A DNA stretch of 32,000 nucleotides, taken from positions 1,350,001 to 1,382,000 of the forward strand of contig NC_016012.1 of assembly GCF_000283555.1 (NCBI RefSeq), read 5' to 3'. A program made the translations under genes and the position numbers. The notes under the pieces are model-generated. The model searched no databases, was not told where the DNA came from, and was given only the letters and a program-made list of their open reading frames with translations. Source of the DNA: Candidatus Arthromitus sp. SFB-rat-Yit (GTDB taxonomy: Bacteria > Bacillota > Clostridia > Clostridiales > Clostridiaceae). Of this stretch, positions 19,330 to 28,620 are shown one piece after another; the first letter of the stretch is position 1; the number at the start of each line of letters is the position of its first letter.

Positions 19330-19636
19330 ATCTATTTTTATTTACAAAATCACTTAGATCTTTCTTCTGCATAGCTCCAATAAATCTATCGCATACTTCC
19401 CCATCTTTAAATAAAATAACAGTTGGTATACTCATAACTTTATATGTTCTAGCACTAGTACTCTCATCAACATTCACTTTAACGCATTTTACATCGCTGA
19501 CTTCTTTAGAAAACTCTTCAAATATAGGTGCAAAGTTTTTACATGGTCCACACCAATCTGCATAAAAATCTACTAAGACAATTCCTTTGTATTCTAAAAC
19601 TTCTGTATTAAAATTTGTATCATTAACTTGAATCAT
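19328..19636 (-). CDS. trxA: Thioredoxin
   Basis: VLVDFYADWCGPCKNFAPIFEEFS...SIPTVILFKDGE. Confidence 0.97.
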   Translation of the reverse strand: MIQVNDTNFNTEVLEYKGIVLVDFYADWCGPCKNFAPIFEEFSKEVSDVKCVKVNVDESTSARTYKVMSIPTVILFKDGEVCDRFIGAMQKKDLSDFVNKNR

Positions 19637-19640
19637 ATTT

Positions 19641-20819
19641 TTACTCCTTAATAAAAGTTTGCTTAGCTAATATTTTACCATTCTCCATCATCTTTTTCCC
19701 ATTCGAAAAAATATATCTCAAATCGTAATCCTTATTATCTAAAAGTAGAAAATCTGCATCATTATATCTCTTTATTTCACCTTTGTGATGTATACCTAAA
19801 ATATTAGCTACATTTTTAGTTACAATAGATATTATATCACTTTTAGGTAAAAAATTGTTAATTAATAATTCTTTAATTTCTACGTATAATGATTTTGGAT
19901 TTCCTATACCAATACCTATAAAATTCCCCATTTCATCAATAATAGGGAGACTCCCCTGTGCGTCTGAAGAACATGTAATGTGAGATACTGGTACACCACT
20001 TGATATAATATGTGGTAATATATTACTTACTCTAAGTTCCTCTTCGTCTTTTAAACCTTTTACATAGCTACTAGTTAAATCAAAATATCCACCTTTTATT
20101 CCATATTCAATCGCACTGTTTAAAAGTTTTTTATTTCTATTAACATGCGTTGGCATAACTTGATCTAAAGATATATCTTTATCTATACATAGATCAAATA
20201 AATATTTTAAACCCTCCTCAGAATCTCCTATGTGTATATGAACAATCCCTTTCTTACCAGACAATAATCCCCCAACTTTCGCATCATGAACAATCTTAAT
20301 AAATTCCTCAAAACTCGGTTTAGAAGATCTATAATCTGATAAAGCAATCTCACCAACTCCAATTACTTTAGGAATTATCATTAGATCACTTTTTATACTG
20401 TTTGTTATGGTCTTAACTGGTATTTCATAAGATCCTGTATAAATGTATGAACTTATCCCTTCTTCTTCAAGTCCATATGCCTTAGCAATTAAATTATTCA
20501 TATTCCTACAAATACTATCTGTTCCCAAACATCCAACAACTGTGGTAATACCTGCAGATATTAAATCTATAAAGTCAATCTCAGGAGTTCTAGTTTTAAA
20601 ACCAGCTTCTCCTCCTCCACCTGATATATGAACATGTGAATCTATAAATCCTGGAATCATGATCATTCCACTACCATCAATTATTTCATATTCAGTAAAA
20701 CAATTAACATATTCAAACTTATCGTATATACCTTCTATTTTATTAAATAAAATAACAACATCTTTTTTCCCAATATAATCTGGAGAATATAATTCTACAT
20801 TTTTTACTATTGTTACAAT
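19641..20819 (-). CDS. iadA: Beta-aspartyl-peptidase / isoaspartyl dipeptidase (M38 amidohydrolase); track ORF 19641..20666 extended 51 codons to an apparent ATT start
   Basis: PGFIDSHVHISGGGGEAGFKTRTPEI, ITCSSDAQGSLP; in-frame upstream extension (I/M)VTIVKNVELYSPDYIGKKDVVILFNKIEGIYDKFEYVNCFTEYEIIDGSG preceded by GGGGGGAG RBS. Confidence 0.85.
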   Translation of the reverse strand: MVTIVKNVELYSPDYIGKKDVVILFNKIEGIYDKFEYVNCFTEYEIIDGSGMIMIPGFIDSHVHISGGGGEAGFKTRTPEIDFIDLISAGITTVVGCLGTDSICRNMNNLIAKAYGLEEEGISSYIYTGSYEIPVKTITNSIKSDLMIIPKVIGVGEIALSDYRSSKPSFEEFIKIVHDAKVGGLLSGKKGIVHIHIGDSEEGLKYLFDLCIDKDISLDQVMPTHVNRNKKLLNSAIEYGIKGGYFDLTSSYVKGLKDEEELRVSNILPHIISSGVPVSHITCSSDAQGSLPIIDEMGNFIGIGIGNPKSLYVEIKELLINNFLPKSDIISIVTKNVANILGIHHKGEIKRYNDADFLLLDNKDYDLRYIFSNGKKMMENGKILAKQTFIKE

Positions 20820-20848
20820 CGTAATCTCCCCCCACCGAAAACTAAATA

Positions 20849-22474
20849 TTATTTTTTATTTAATATATCTAATATCTGCTTTTTAGCTGACAAAATAGAT
20901 ATTGCAGACATAGAAAATTCATCTAATCCATATTCCAATAACTTTGGAATAGCCTCTTCATCTCCAGCCATCTCTCCACACATTCCTACCCATTTACCTT
21001 CAGCATGTGCTCCGTCTATAGTCATCTTTATAAGAGATAATACTGATGGATTCATTGGATTGTACAAATATGATACTTTTTCATTCATCCTATCACACGC
21101 AAGTGTATATTGTATTAAATCATTTGTCCCAATAGAAAAAAAGTCAACTTCCTTCGCAAATTCCCTAGCAGAAACTGCTGTAGAAGGTATTTCAACCATG
21201 ATTCCAACCTCAATTGAATCACTAACATCATATTTCTCATCAATAAGCTCACATTTACATTCCTCTAAGATTTTCTTACACTGTCTAAACTCTTCAATAC
21301 ATGAAATCATAGGAAACATAATCTTAAGATTACCATAAATAGATGCTCTCAAAAGTGCTCTTAACTGTATTTTAAATATATCAACCCTATCTAAGCAAAG
21401 TCTTACCGCTCTATATCCTAGAAATGGGTTCATCTCTTCTCCAACATTTAAGTATTCAAGCTTCTTATCTCCTCCTATATCAAGTGTTCTTATAACAACT
21501 GGTTTATCTCCCATTTTTTCAAGAACTGCTTTATAGGAATTAAATTGCTCTTCCTCAGTTGGCATAGAACTTCTATGCATATACAAAAACTCAGTTCTAA
21601 ATAATCCTACACCATCAGCTCCATTTTCAATTACTTGCTCTACATCCTCAACAGATCCAATATTTCCACATATTTCAATATGTCTTTTGTTAGAATCATA
21701 TATTTTAACATCTTTTAATTCTTTTAATTTCTCTTTCTCTTCTTCATAAAGTTTTATCTTAGATTTAAATTCATCAATTTCAATATCGCTCGGGTTTAAA
21801 ATTACATTACCATTAACTCCATCAACTAAAAGCACATCTCCATCTTTAACAGTTTCAGTTATATCCACCATTCCAACAATTGCAGGTATTTCCATACTTC
21901 GTGCCATTATAACAGAATGTGAAGTTCTTCCTCCAATATTAGTTAAAAAGGCACACACTTTTGATTTATCTAATTGAGCAGTATCAGATGGTGTTAAATC
22001 ATTAGCAACAACTATAGTATTGGGTTCACTAATATTTACATCATTATTAATCCCTAATAAATTTCTAATTATCCTATCTCCAACATCTTTAATATCTGCC
22101 GCACGCTCTCTCATATATTCATCATCAATACTTAACATTATAGATACCAGTTCGTTTCTAACTTCATCTATAGCATAATCTGAATTTACAGAATTACTTC
22201 TTATAATTTCCTTTGCTTTATCTATAAATTCTGGATCATCAAGTATCATTTGATGGCTTTCGAATACTAAAGATTCTTCCTTACCTACTTCAATTTCAGT
22301 TATTTTTCTTAGATTTTCCAATTGATCTCTAGTTTTATTTAAAGAATCATTTAATTTTTTTATTTCACTTTCTACATCACTAATTTTTAATTTATTAATT
22401 TTTATTTCTATATCTTTTTTTATAAATGCTTTCCCTATAGCATACCCCTTAGAAGCAGCAATTCCCTTCATCAT
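20849..22474 (-). CDS. ptsI: Phosphoenolpyruvate-protein phosphotransferase (PTS enzyme I)
   Basis: GIAASKGYAIGKA, LTNIGGRTSHSVIMARSMEIPAIVG, GVGLFRTEFLYM, TLDIGGDKKL, PFLGYRAVRL, FFSIGTNDLIQYTLACDR, GMCGEMAGD. Confidence 0.97.
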   Translation of the reverse strand: MMKGIAASKGYAIGKAFIKKDIEIKINKLKISDVESEIKKLNDSLNKTRDQLENLRKITEIEVGKEESLVFESHQMILDDPEFIDKAKEIIRSNSVNSDYAIDEVRNELVSIMLSIDDEYMRERAADIKDVGDRIIRNLLGINNDVNISEPNTIVVANDLTPSDTAQLDKSKVCAFLTNIGGRTSHSVIMARSMEIPAIVGMVDITETVKDGDVLLVDGVNGNVILNPSDIEIDEFKSKIKLYEEEKEKLKELKDVKIYDSNKRHIEICGNIGSVEDVEQVIENGADGVGLFRTEFLYMHRSSMPTEEEQFNSYKAVLEKMGDKPVVIRTLDIGGDKKLEYLNVGEEMNPFLGYRAVRLCLDRVDIFKIQLRALLRASIYGNLKIMFPMISCIEEFRQCKKILEECKCELIDEKYDVSDSIEVGIMVEIPSTAVSAREFAKEVDFFSIGTNDLIQYTLACDRMNEKVSYLYNPMNPSVLSLIKMTIDGAHAEGKWVGMCGEMAGDEEAIPKLLEYGLDEFSMSAISILSAKKQILDILNKK

Positions 22475-22594
22475 AATAAAGCATTCCTCCCATAAAATAC
22501 ATAAAAAAATAAATTATAATAAAATTTTATGATTATAATTTATCTCTACATTTATAATAAATATACTAAAGTAATAAATATACATATAACTCTT

Positions 22595-22616
22595 TTTACA
22601 CTAATAAGTGTAAAAC
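22595..22616. terminator. Possible stem-loop downstream of the 170-aa ORF
   Basis: TTTTACACT-AATA-AGTGTAAAA perfect 9-bp stem; T-run on the expected (minus) side is not convincing. Confidence 0.35.
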
Positions 22617-22660
22617 TTTTCTTAAATATATTCAAGCATATTTATTATAAATATTAAACT

Positions 22661-23173
22661 CTATATTATTGAAAAAAAGTATTTCCTAATCTCTGAATAT
22701 TTGCTACTTAAAAATTTTACTATTTTATCTCTACTATGTTTTTTATTTATATCACAATTAATATATTCTTCATTATGACATATAGGACAAACCCTATAAT
22801 CTGAATTTGCCTCACTTCTTTTAATAAATCTATTTTCAACTTTATCGTATACCATAAAAACTCCAAGCATACCTAATTCATCTTCGTCTTCAAGTACAGA
22901 CATATCATGTTTTAAGCTAAATGAATCTTTATTTATGACAACAAATGTTATAGGACCATCATCATCACTCATAATCATTTTAAAAGTCATATCATTACCA
23001 TAAAGTGATTCAAGTTTATCAATAATTAAATTTAATATTGAAAGAGATATCTCTGCTTTTTTAATTTCTTTATAATAAATGGGTCTTATTATTAAAATGT
23101 TACCTTCAGACTTTGCAAGTAAATTATCAATAAATACGCTAGATTGTATTTTGCCTTTAAAATTGAATATCAA
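22661..23173 (-). CDS. Uncharacterised protein with CxxC near C terminus
   Basis: 170 aa ORF immediately upstream in tandem with cwlD spacing; contains YRVCPICHNEEYINC. Confidence 0.75.
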   Translation of the reverse strand: MIFNFKGKIQSSVFIDNLLAKSEGNILIIRPIYYKEIKKAEISLSILNLIIDKLESLYGNDMTFKMIMSDDDGPITFVVINKDSFSLKHDMSVLEDEDELGMLGVFMVYDKVENRFIKRSEANSDYRVCPICHNEEYINCDINKKHSRDKIVKFLSSKYSEIRKYFFSII

Positions 23174-23179
23174 TATTTA

Positions 23180-23860
23180 TTACCTCCCATTAAAATAATC
23201 ATCAATAGCTCTTCCTAAAGAATTACAAAATTCATATTGATATGATTCATCTTTTAATTTATGTTCTTCTTCATCATTTGAAATAAATCCACATTCAACT
23301 ATGACTGATGCTTCTTCATATCCATCTCTTAAAATCACATAATCATTTTTAACTCCCTTTGGTTTTCTATTATATTTTTGATTTAAAACCTGTTCAAATT
23401 GTTTATGCATATTCTCAGCTAATTTTTTACTTTTCTCACTATAAAATGGATACCATACTTGTGAACCTTTAACTGAATTATCTGGAAACTTATTCATGTG
23501 AATACTTACGAATACATCACAGGAAACTTCCCTCTTCATACTACATCTTTTATTTAAATCATCTCTCTTTTGTTGCTTAATACTTCCCCCATTTGATAAA
23601 GAAATATCCGATTCTCTAGTCATAAAAACTTTATATCCCTTATTTTCTAATACTTCTCTTAATTTCATAGAAATTTCCAGATTTAAATTTTTCTCCAAAA
23701 TATTATTTTTTGAAACAGCCCCGCCATCTATTCCCCCATGTCCTGGATCTATTAATATAATCTTATTTATATTAGATATATGTGCATTTGCATTAATACA
23801 AAAACATAAAAACATAAAAATGCAAATAAAAAAAATTTTACATAAATTATATATTTTCAT
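23180..23860 (-). CDS. cwlD: N-acetylmuramoyl-L-alanine amidase CwlD (Amidase_3, germination/spore cortex type)
   Basis: IILIDPGHGGIDGGAVSKN, LEKNLNLEISMKLREVLE, TRESD, FVSIHMNKF, VIVECGFISNDEEE. Confidence 0.9.
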   Translation of the reverse strand: MKIYNLCKIFFICIFMFLCFCINANAHISNINKIILIDPGHGGIDGGAVSKNNILEKNLNLEISMKLREVLENKGYKVFMTRESDISLSNGGSIKQQKRDDLNKRCSMKREVSCDVFVSIHMNKFPDNSVKGSQVWYPFYSEKSKKLAENMHKQFEQVLNQKYNRKPKGVKNDYVILRDGYEEASVIVECGFISNDEEEHKLKDESYQYEFCNSLGRAIDDYFNGR

Positions 23861-23932
23861 TTTATAAAACTCCCTTATATAATCTAATCTTAATTTTTAT
23901 AATTAACATTTTTAATTATTTTTATGTAAAAT

Positions 23933-23971
23933 AAAATAAAGTCCAAACAAAATTTGTTTGGACTTTATTTT
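23933..23971 (-). terminator. Intrinsic terminator downstream of rpsI
   Basis: AAAATAAAGTCCAAACAAA / TTTGTTTGGACTTTATTTT perfect 19-nt dyad. Confidence 0.85.
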
Positions 23972-23984
23972 ATTAAAACTTATA

Positions 23985-24377
23985 TTATCTCTTAGAAAAT
24001 TGAGGAGCTCTCCTAGCTTTCTTCAATCCATATTTCTTTCTTTCTTTCATCCTTGAATCTCTTGTTAAAAATCCTTCTTTTTTAAGGATTGGTCTTAAAT
24101 TCTCATCAACTTTAAGCAGAGCTCTTGATATTCCATGTCTTATAGCTCCTGCCTGACCTGTAAGACCTCCACCATGAACATTTACCTTAACATCATAACT
24201 TGACAAAGTATTTGTCAAAACAAGTGGTTGATTAACTATATATTTTAAGGTATCTAACCCAAAATAATCATCCATATTTCTCTTATTTATTACAACATTG
24301 CCATTTCCAGGAATTAAAAATACCCTAGCAACAGATTTCTTTCTTCTTCCTGTTCCCATATATTGAATTTTACTCAT
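23985..24377 (-). CDS. rpsI: 30S ribosomal protein S9
   Basis: [19 protein letters not shown]...[26 protein letters not shown]. Confidence 0.98.
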   Translation of the reverse strand: MSKIQYMGTGRRKKSVARVFLIPGNGNVVINKRNMDDYFGLDTLKYIVNQPLVLTNTLSSYDVKVNVHGGGLTGQAGAIRHGISRALLKVDENLRPILKKEGFLTRDSRMKERKKYGLKKARRAPQFSKR

Positions 24378-24397
24378 ACACTAATCCTCCTCTCAAA

Positions 24398-24832
24398 TTA
24401 ATACTTTAATTCTAATTTTATCGGATTTTGAGCTTGATGATTATGATCATTGCCTCTGTATATTTTAAGTTTCTTAATTTGACGTCTTGCAAGAGGACCA
24501 CTTGGCAACATCCTTCTTACAGCTTCATAAAATAAAAACTCAGGTTTCTTATCTAAAAGCTTACTATACACAATTTCCTTACGTCCACCTGGATAACCTG
24601 TATGATAACTATAAGTTTTTTGAGTTGATTTTTTACCAGTTAAAACAATTTTATCTGCATTTAATACTATTACAAAATCTCCTAGATCCATATTAGGTGT
24701 AAATTCTGGTTTATGTTTTCCTCTTAATATAGAAGCTATTTGACTTGCTGCTCTTCCTAAAACCATTCCTTCTACATCAACCACATACCATCGTCTCTGA
24801 ATATCATTCTCTTTTGGTAAATACGACTTCAT
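24398..24832 (-). CDS. rplM: 50S ribosomal protein L13
   Basis: [34 protein letters not shown]...[23 protein letters not shown]. Confidence 0.98.
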   Translation of the reverse strand: MKSYLPKENDIQRRWYVVDVEGMVLGRAASQIASILRGKHKPEFTPNMDLGDFVIVLNADKIVLTGKKSTQKTYSYHTGYPGGRKEIVYSKLLDKKPEFLFYEAVRRMLPSGPLARRQIKKLKIYRGNDHNHQAQNPIKLELKY

Positions 24833-24863
24833 AATATCCTCCTATAAAAAGTAATACTTTATT

Positions 24864-24889
24864 TATAAAAAATCCGGGGCAGTGGATTT
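24864..24889 (-). promoter_or_regulatory. Candidate leader hairpin/attenuator upstream of rplM
   Basis: On minus strand AAATCC-ACTGCCCC-GGATTT followed by T-rich tract, in the 5' leader of rplM. Confidence 0.5.
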
Positions 24890-24917
24890 ATTTTTCTAAT
24901 AAATACATAACATTATC

Positions 24918-24946
24918 ATTATAATAAAATTTACTTAGTATGTCAA
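24918..24946 (-). promoter_or_regulatory. Consensus sigma-A promoter for rplM-rpsI
   Basis: Minus strand TTGACA (24946-24941), 17-bp spacer, TATAAT (24923-24918). Confidence 0.82.
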
Positions 24947-24949
24947 TTA

Positions 24950-25690
24950 TCATATATCATAAAAAACTTTTTTCAGACATAATCCCTTCGCTTCACTAAT
25001 AAAACCCGCATTTTTTCTATTTTTAGATCCTATTATATGTTCAATATCATAAGGTTTAATTTTACCCTGACCTACCATTATCAAAGTACCCACCATTATC
25101 CTAACCATATTATATAAAAAACCATTTCCTAAAACCCTATAAGTTATAATATTATTATTTTTATAAATATTACTTTTAAAAATTATTCTAGTTGTATTTT
25201 CTCTTGGAGAATTACTGCTCATAAACGCTCTAAAATCATGTTCTCCTTCAAAATACTTACATGACTCATTCATAGAATTAAAATCTAATTCATATCTAAA
25301 ATGCATATAAGTTTGATATTTAAATGGACTCATAATATCTCCATTAAATATTTTATATTCATATTCTTTTTTCAAAGCGCCATATCTTGCGTGAAAATTT
25401 TCATTTACATAAAATACATCTATAACTCTTATATCATAAGGAAGATAAGTATTTAATGCATTTTTCATATTCAAACAGCTTACATTAAAATCATCTAAAT
25501 GAAAATTTAAATAAAATTCCTCAGCGTGAACACCTGCATCAGTTCTACTACATCCTATAGTTCTTATTTTTATATTAAACACTTTCAAAAAAATATCTTC
25601 TATCGTTCCCTGTATACTTATCTTTTCTTTCTGCCTTTGAAACCCATAATAATTGGTTCCCAAGTAACATATTTTAAAACAAATATTCAC
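24950..25690 (-). CDS. truA: tRNA pseudouridine synthase A
   Basis: YLGTNYYGFQRQ, RTIGCSRTDAGVHAEEF, YEYKIFNGD, FLYNMVRIMVGTLIMVG. Confidence 0.97.
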   Translation of the reverse strand: MNICFKICYLGTNYYGFQRQKEKISIQGTIEDIFLKVFNIKIRTIGCSRTDAGVHAEEFYLNFHLDDFNVSCLNMKNALNTYLPYDIRVIDVFYVNENFHARYGALKKEYEYKIFNGDIMSPFKYQTYMHFRYELDFNSMNESCKYFEGEHDFRAFMSSNSPRENTTRIIFKSNIYKNNNIITYRVLGNGFLYNMVRIMVGTLIMVGQGKIKPYDIEHIIGSKNRKNAGFISEAKGLCLKKVFYDI

Positions 25691-25701
25691 CTTTATATCA
25701 C

Positions 25702-26493
25702 CTATAAAAAATAAATAAAAATAACAAACAATACAAATAAAATTGAACTTATATAATCTTTAATATTTAATTTTAAAATTTTAAATTTAAACCTATTCTC
25801 ACTTCCGTTATAACACCTAGACTCCATAGCAATAGCAAGCTCATCGGCCCTTCTAAATGAATTTATAAACAATGGTATTAAAATAGGAACTATATTTTTA
25901 ACCCTTTTTATAATACTTCCATGCTCAAAATCAACTCCCCTTGATTTTTGAGCTTTAATAATCTTATCTGTTTCATTTAAAAGTATTGGTATAAACCTTA
26001 AAGAAATACCCATCATTAAAGAGATTTCACTAATTGGAATATTAAATTTACGTAAAGGATACATCATAGATTCAAACCCATCGGTTAATTCAACTGGTGA
26101 TGTTGTTAATATTAAAATAGTAGATCCTAATATCAAAAATATTACTCTAAGACTTATAAGTATCGAAGTTATTATCGCATTATCATATATAGTTAAAAAT
26201 CCCAATTTAAAAATTAAATTTCCATCTTTAATAAAAAATATATTAAAAAATGCAGTGAATATTATAAATAAACTCACTGTCTTTATAGAATTCAAAACAT
26301 AATAAAATTTAATCTTTGCACACAATGTAATCAAAAATATCATAACTAAATAAAATATATACTTAAATATATTATCAACTAGAAAAATACCAATAATATA
26401 CACAATATTTAATATTATCTTAATTCTTGGATCTAACTTATGTATAAATGAATCAATTTTTAAATATTGACCAAGTGTAATACTTCCAATCAT
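25702..26493 (-). CDS. ecfT: Energy-coupling factor transporter transmembrane protein
   Basis: SFIHKLDPRIKIILNIVYII...MMGISLRFIPILLNETDKIIKAQKSRGVDF; REDELAIAMESRCYNG-like motif. Confidence 0.95.
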   Translation of the reverse strand: MIGSITLGQYLKIDSFIHKLDPRIKIILNIVYIIGIFLVDNIFKYIFYLVMIFLITLCAKIKFYYVLNSIKTVSLFIIFTAFFNIFFIKDGNLIFKLGFLTIYDNAIITSILISLRVIFLILGSTILILTTSPVELTDGFESMMYPLRKFNIPISEISLMMGISLRFIPILLNETDKIIKAQKSRGVDFEHGSIIKRVKNIVPILIPLFINSFRRADELAIAMESRCYNGSENRFKFKILKLNIKDYISSILFVLFVIFIYFL

Positions 26494-27353
26494 TACTTAC
26501 TCCTTTTAGATAAATAATTACAAATTAAATTTTCCATATTATTTATATCCCTTGGACACTCTCCAATATCAAATCCATTTTCTTTAAGTTTTAAAAACAA
26601 TCTTATCAAATATGGCTTATCAATATTATACTTATTACATAAATCTAAATTAGTAAAAATATCATATGGATCACCAAATTCTACTATCCTTCCTTTATCT
26701 AATATCATAACCTTATTAGAGATGCTAAAAACTAAATCCATAATATGTGTAACCATTATAATTGTCTTATTAAACTGTTTATTTAAATTTTTAATAATCA
26801 ACTCAAACTCTTCACAACTCTTAGGATCAAGACCAACAGTAGGTTCATCTAATATTATATAACTTGGATTCAATACAAGTATAGATGCAAGCGATACCTT
26901 TCTTTTTTCCCCACCACTTATATCAAATGGATTTTTATCTCTATACTTATCAAAATCAAGAAATACCATATCCATAGCCTTTCTTACCTTGCTTTCAATT
27001 AATTCTTCATCTTCCCCTCTAATCTTAAGTGAAAAAGCAATATCCTTATATATTGTATCTTCAAAAAATTGATATTCTGGATATTGAAAAGCAAATCCAA
27101 ATTTCCTTCTTATATCAGTTTTATTTACTTTATTTTTATTTACATTTACCGAGTCTATTATTATATCTCCTTCAAATCCATTAAGTAATAAATTCATAAG
27201 CTGAATTAATGTAGACTTTCCACTCCCAGTATGTCCAATAATAGAAATAAAATCTCCAGTATTAATTTTAAAATTAATATTATGTAGTACTTTCTTCTCA
27301 AAAGGGGTTTTCTTAAAATATGTGTAACCTACCTCTTTAAATTCAATTGACAT
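26493..27353 (-). CDS. ecfA2: Energy-coupling factor transporter ATPase 2
   Basis: IIGHTGSGKSTLIQ, NPFDISGGEKRKVSLASILVLNPSYIILDEPTVGLDP. Confidence 0.95.
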   Translation of the reverse strand: MSIEFKEVGYTYFKKTPFEKKVLHNINFKINTGDFISIIGHTGSGKSTLIQLMNLLLNGFEGDIIIDSVNVNKNKVNKTDIRRKFGFAFQYPEYQFFEDTIYKDIAFSLKIRGEDEELIESKVRKAMDMVFLDFDKYRDKNPFDISGGEKRKVSLASILVLNPSYIILDEPTVGLDPKSCEEFELIIKNLNKQFNKTIIMVTHIMDLVFSISNKVMILDKGRIVEFGDPYDIFTNLDLCNKYNIDKPYLIRLFLKLKENGFDIGECPRDINNMENLICNYLSKRSK

Positions 27354-28183
27354 AATAAATTTACAAGCTCCTCTAACTCAAATATATATTTATTATTATG
27401 AAAACCATATTTTATTAAAGCATTTGAAATTCTACATGAATATGTAGTTATAAGCTTATTTTTATATAAGAACTCTTCATCAAATAAAATATCTCTCGGC
27501 ACTCCATCATACTCAATAACTCCATCCGTCAAAATTATACTCCTATCACATATCAAACATTCATCAATAAAATGCGTTATTAATATAACTGTTATACCAT
27601 GGTTCTTATTTAAATCTATTAATATATTTAATATTTCTTGTTTGCCTAATGGATCTAACATAGATGTAGATTCATCGAAAATAATATAATCTGGTTTCAT
27701 AGCTAAAATACCTGCAATAGATACTCTCTGTTTTTGACCACCAGATAACATATTTGTATTGTGATATCTATACCCAAACATATTTACTTTTTTTAAAGCA
27801 TTGTTAACCCTATTTTCTATCTCATCTCTATCTTTTAATATATTTTCAAGTCCAAATACCACATCATCCATAACTATAGTTGAAACAATCTGATTATCTG
27901 GATTTTGAAAAACTATACACACCTTCTTTCTAATATCTAAAATATTTTCTTTATTTTTAACGCTAAGTGAATCAACGTATATTTCTCCATACTTCAATTC
28001 ATAAATTCCATTAATTAATTTGGATAATGTAGATTTACCTGATCCATTTCCCCCTATAATACATATAAATTCACCTTTATTTATATTAATACTTATATCT
28101 TTCAATATAAAATCACTTAAATCATTATATTTAAATGAAACATTTTTAATGTTTATACAATTATTCATAAAAGTACCTTCCAA
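27329..28183 (-). CDS. ecfA1: Energy-coupling factor transporter ATPase 1 (true start probably ATG 28168)
   Basis: IIGGNGSGKSTLSK, NMLSGGQKQRVSIAGILAMKPDYIIFDESTSMLDP; GGAAGG RBS before ATG 28168. Confidence 0.94.
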   Translation of the reverse strand: MEGTFMNNCINIKNVSFKYNDLSDFILKDISININKGEFICIIGGNGSGKSTLSKLINGIYELKYGEIYVDSLSVKNKENILDIRKKVCIVFQNPDNQIVSTIVMDDVVFGLENILKDRDEIENRVNNALKKVNMFGYRYHNTNMLSGGQKQRVSIAGILAMKPDYIIFDESTSMLDPLGKQEILNILIDLNKNHGITVILITHFIDECLICDRSIILTDGVIEYDGVPRDILFDEEFLYKNKLITTYSCRISNALIKYGFHNNKYIFELEELVNLLCQLNLKR

Positions 28184-28264
28184 ATTAATATATAAATTAT
28201 ACCAAAATTACTATAAAAAAAGAGAAATTAAGATATCACATTCCTAATTCCTCAATAAAAGATA

Positions 28265-28606
28265 TTATACAAGTTCTAAGATAGCCATTTCTGATCCATC
28301 ACCTTTTCTTGCTCCAAGTTTTACTACTCTAGTGTATCCACCATTTCTCTCTTGATACTTAGGTGCAACTTCTGAGAACAAAACACTAACCACTTCTTTT
28401 TCTTTAACTATAGAAAGAATTTGTCTTCTTGCGTGTAAATCCCCTTTTTTAGCAAGAGTTATCATCTTTTCAGCTAAACTCTGAGTTTCCTTAGCTCTAC
28501 CAAGTGTAGTAGTTATCTTACCATGCTTCAAAAAGCTAGTAACTAAATTTTTAATCATAGCAATTCTTTGATTTGTTGGTCTGCCTAGTTTTCTTTGCCA
28601 AGCCAT
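28265..28606 (-). CDS. rplQ: 50S ribosomal protein L17
   Basis: [35 protein letters not shown]...[23 protein letters not shown]. Confidence 0.98.
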   Translation of the reverse strand: MAWQRKLGRPTNQRIAMIKNLVTSFLKHGKITTTLGRAKETQSLAEKMITLAKKGDLHARRQILSIVKEKEVVSVLFSEVAPKYQERNGGYTRVVKLGARKGDGSEMAILELV

Positions 28607-28620
28607 TTTAACACCTCCTA

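Noticed and set aside
19302-21338. Plus-strand ORFs 19302..19565, 20443..20631 and 21060..21338
   Set aside because: Antisense shadows of trxA, iadA and ptsI.
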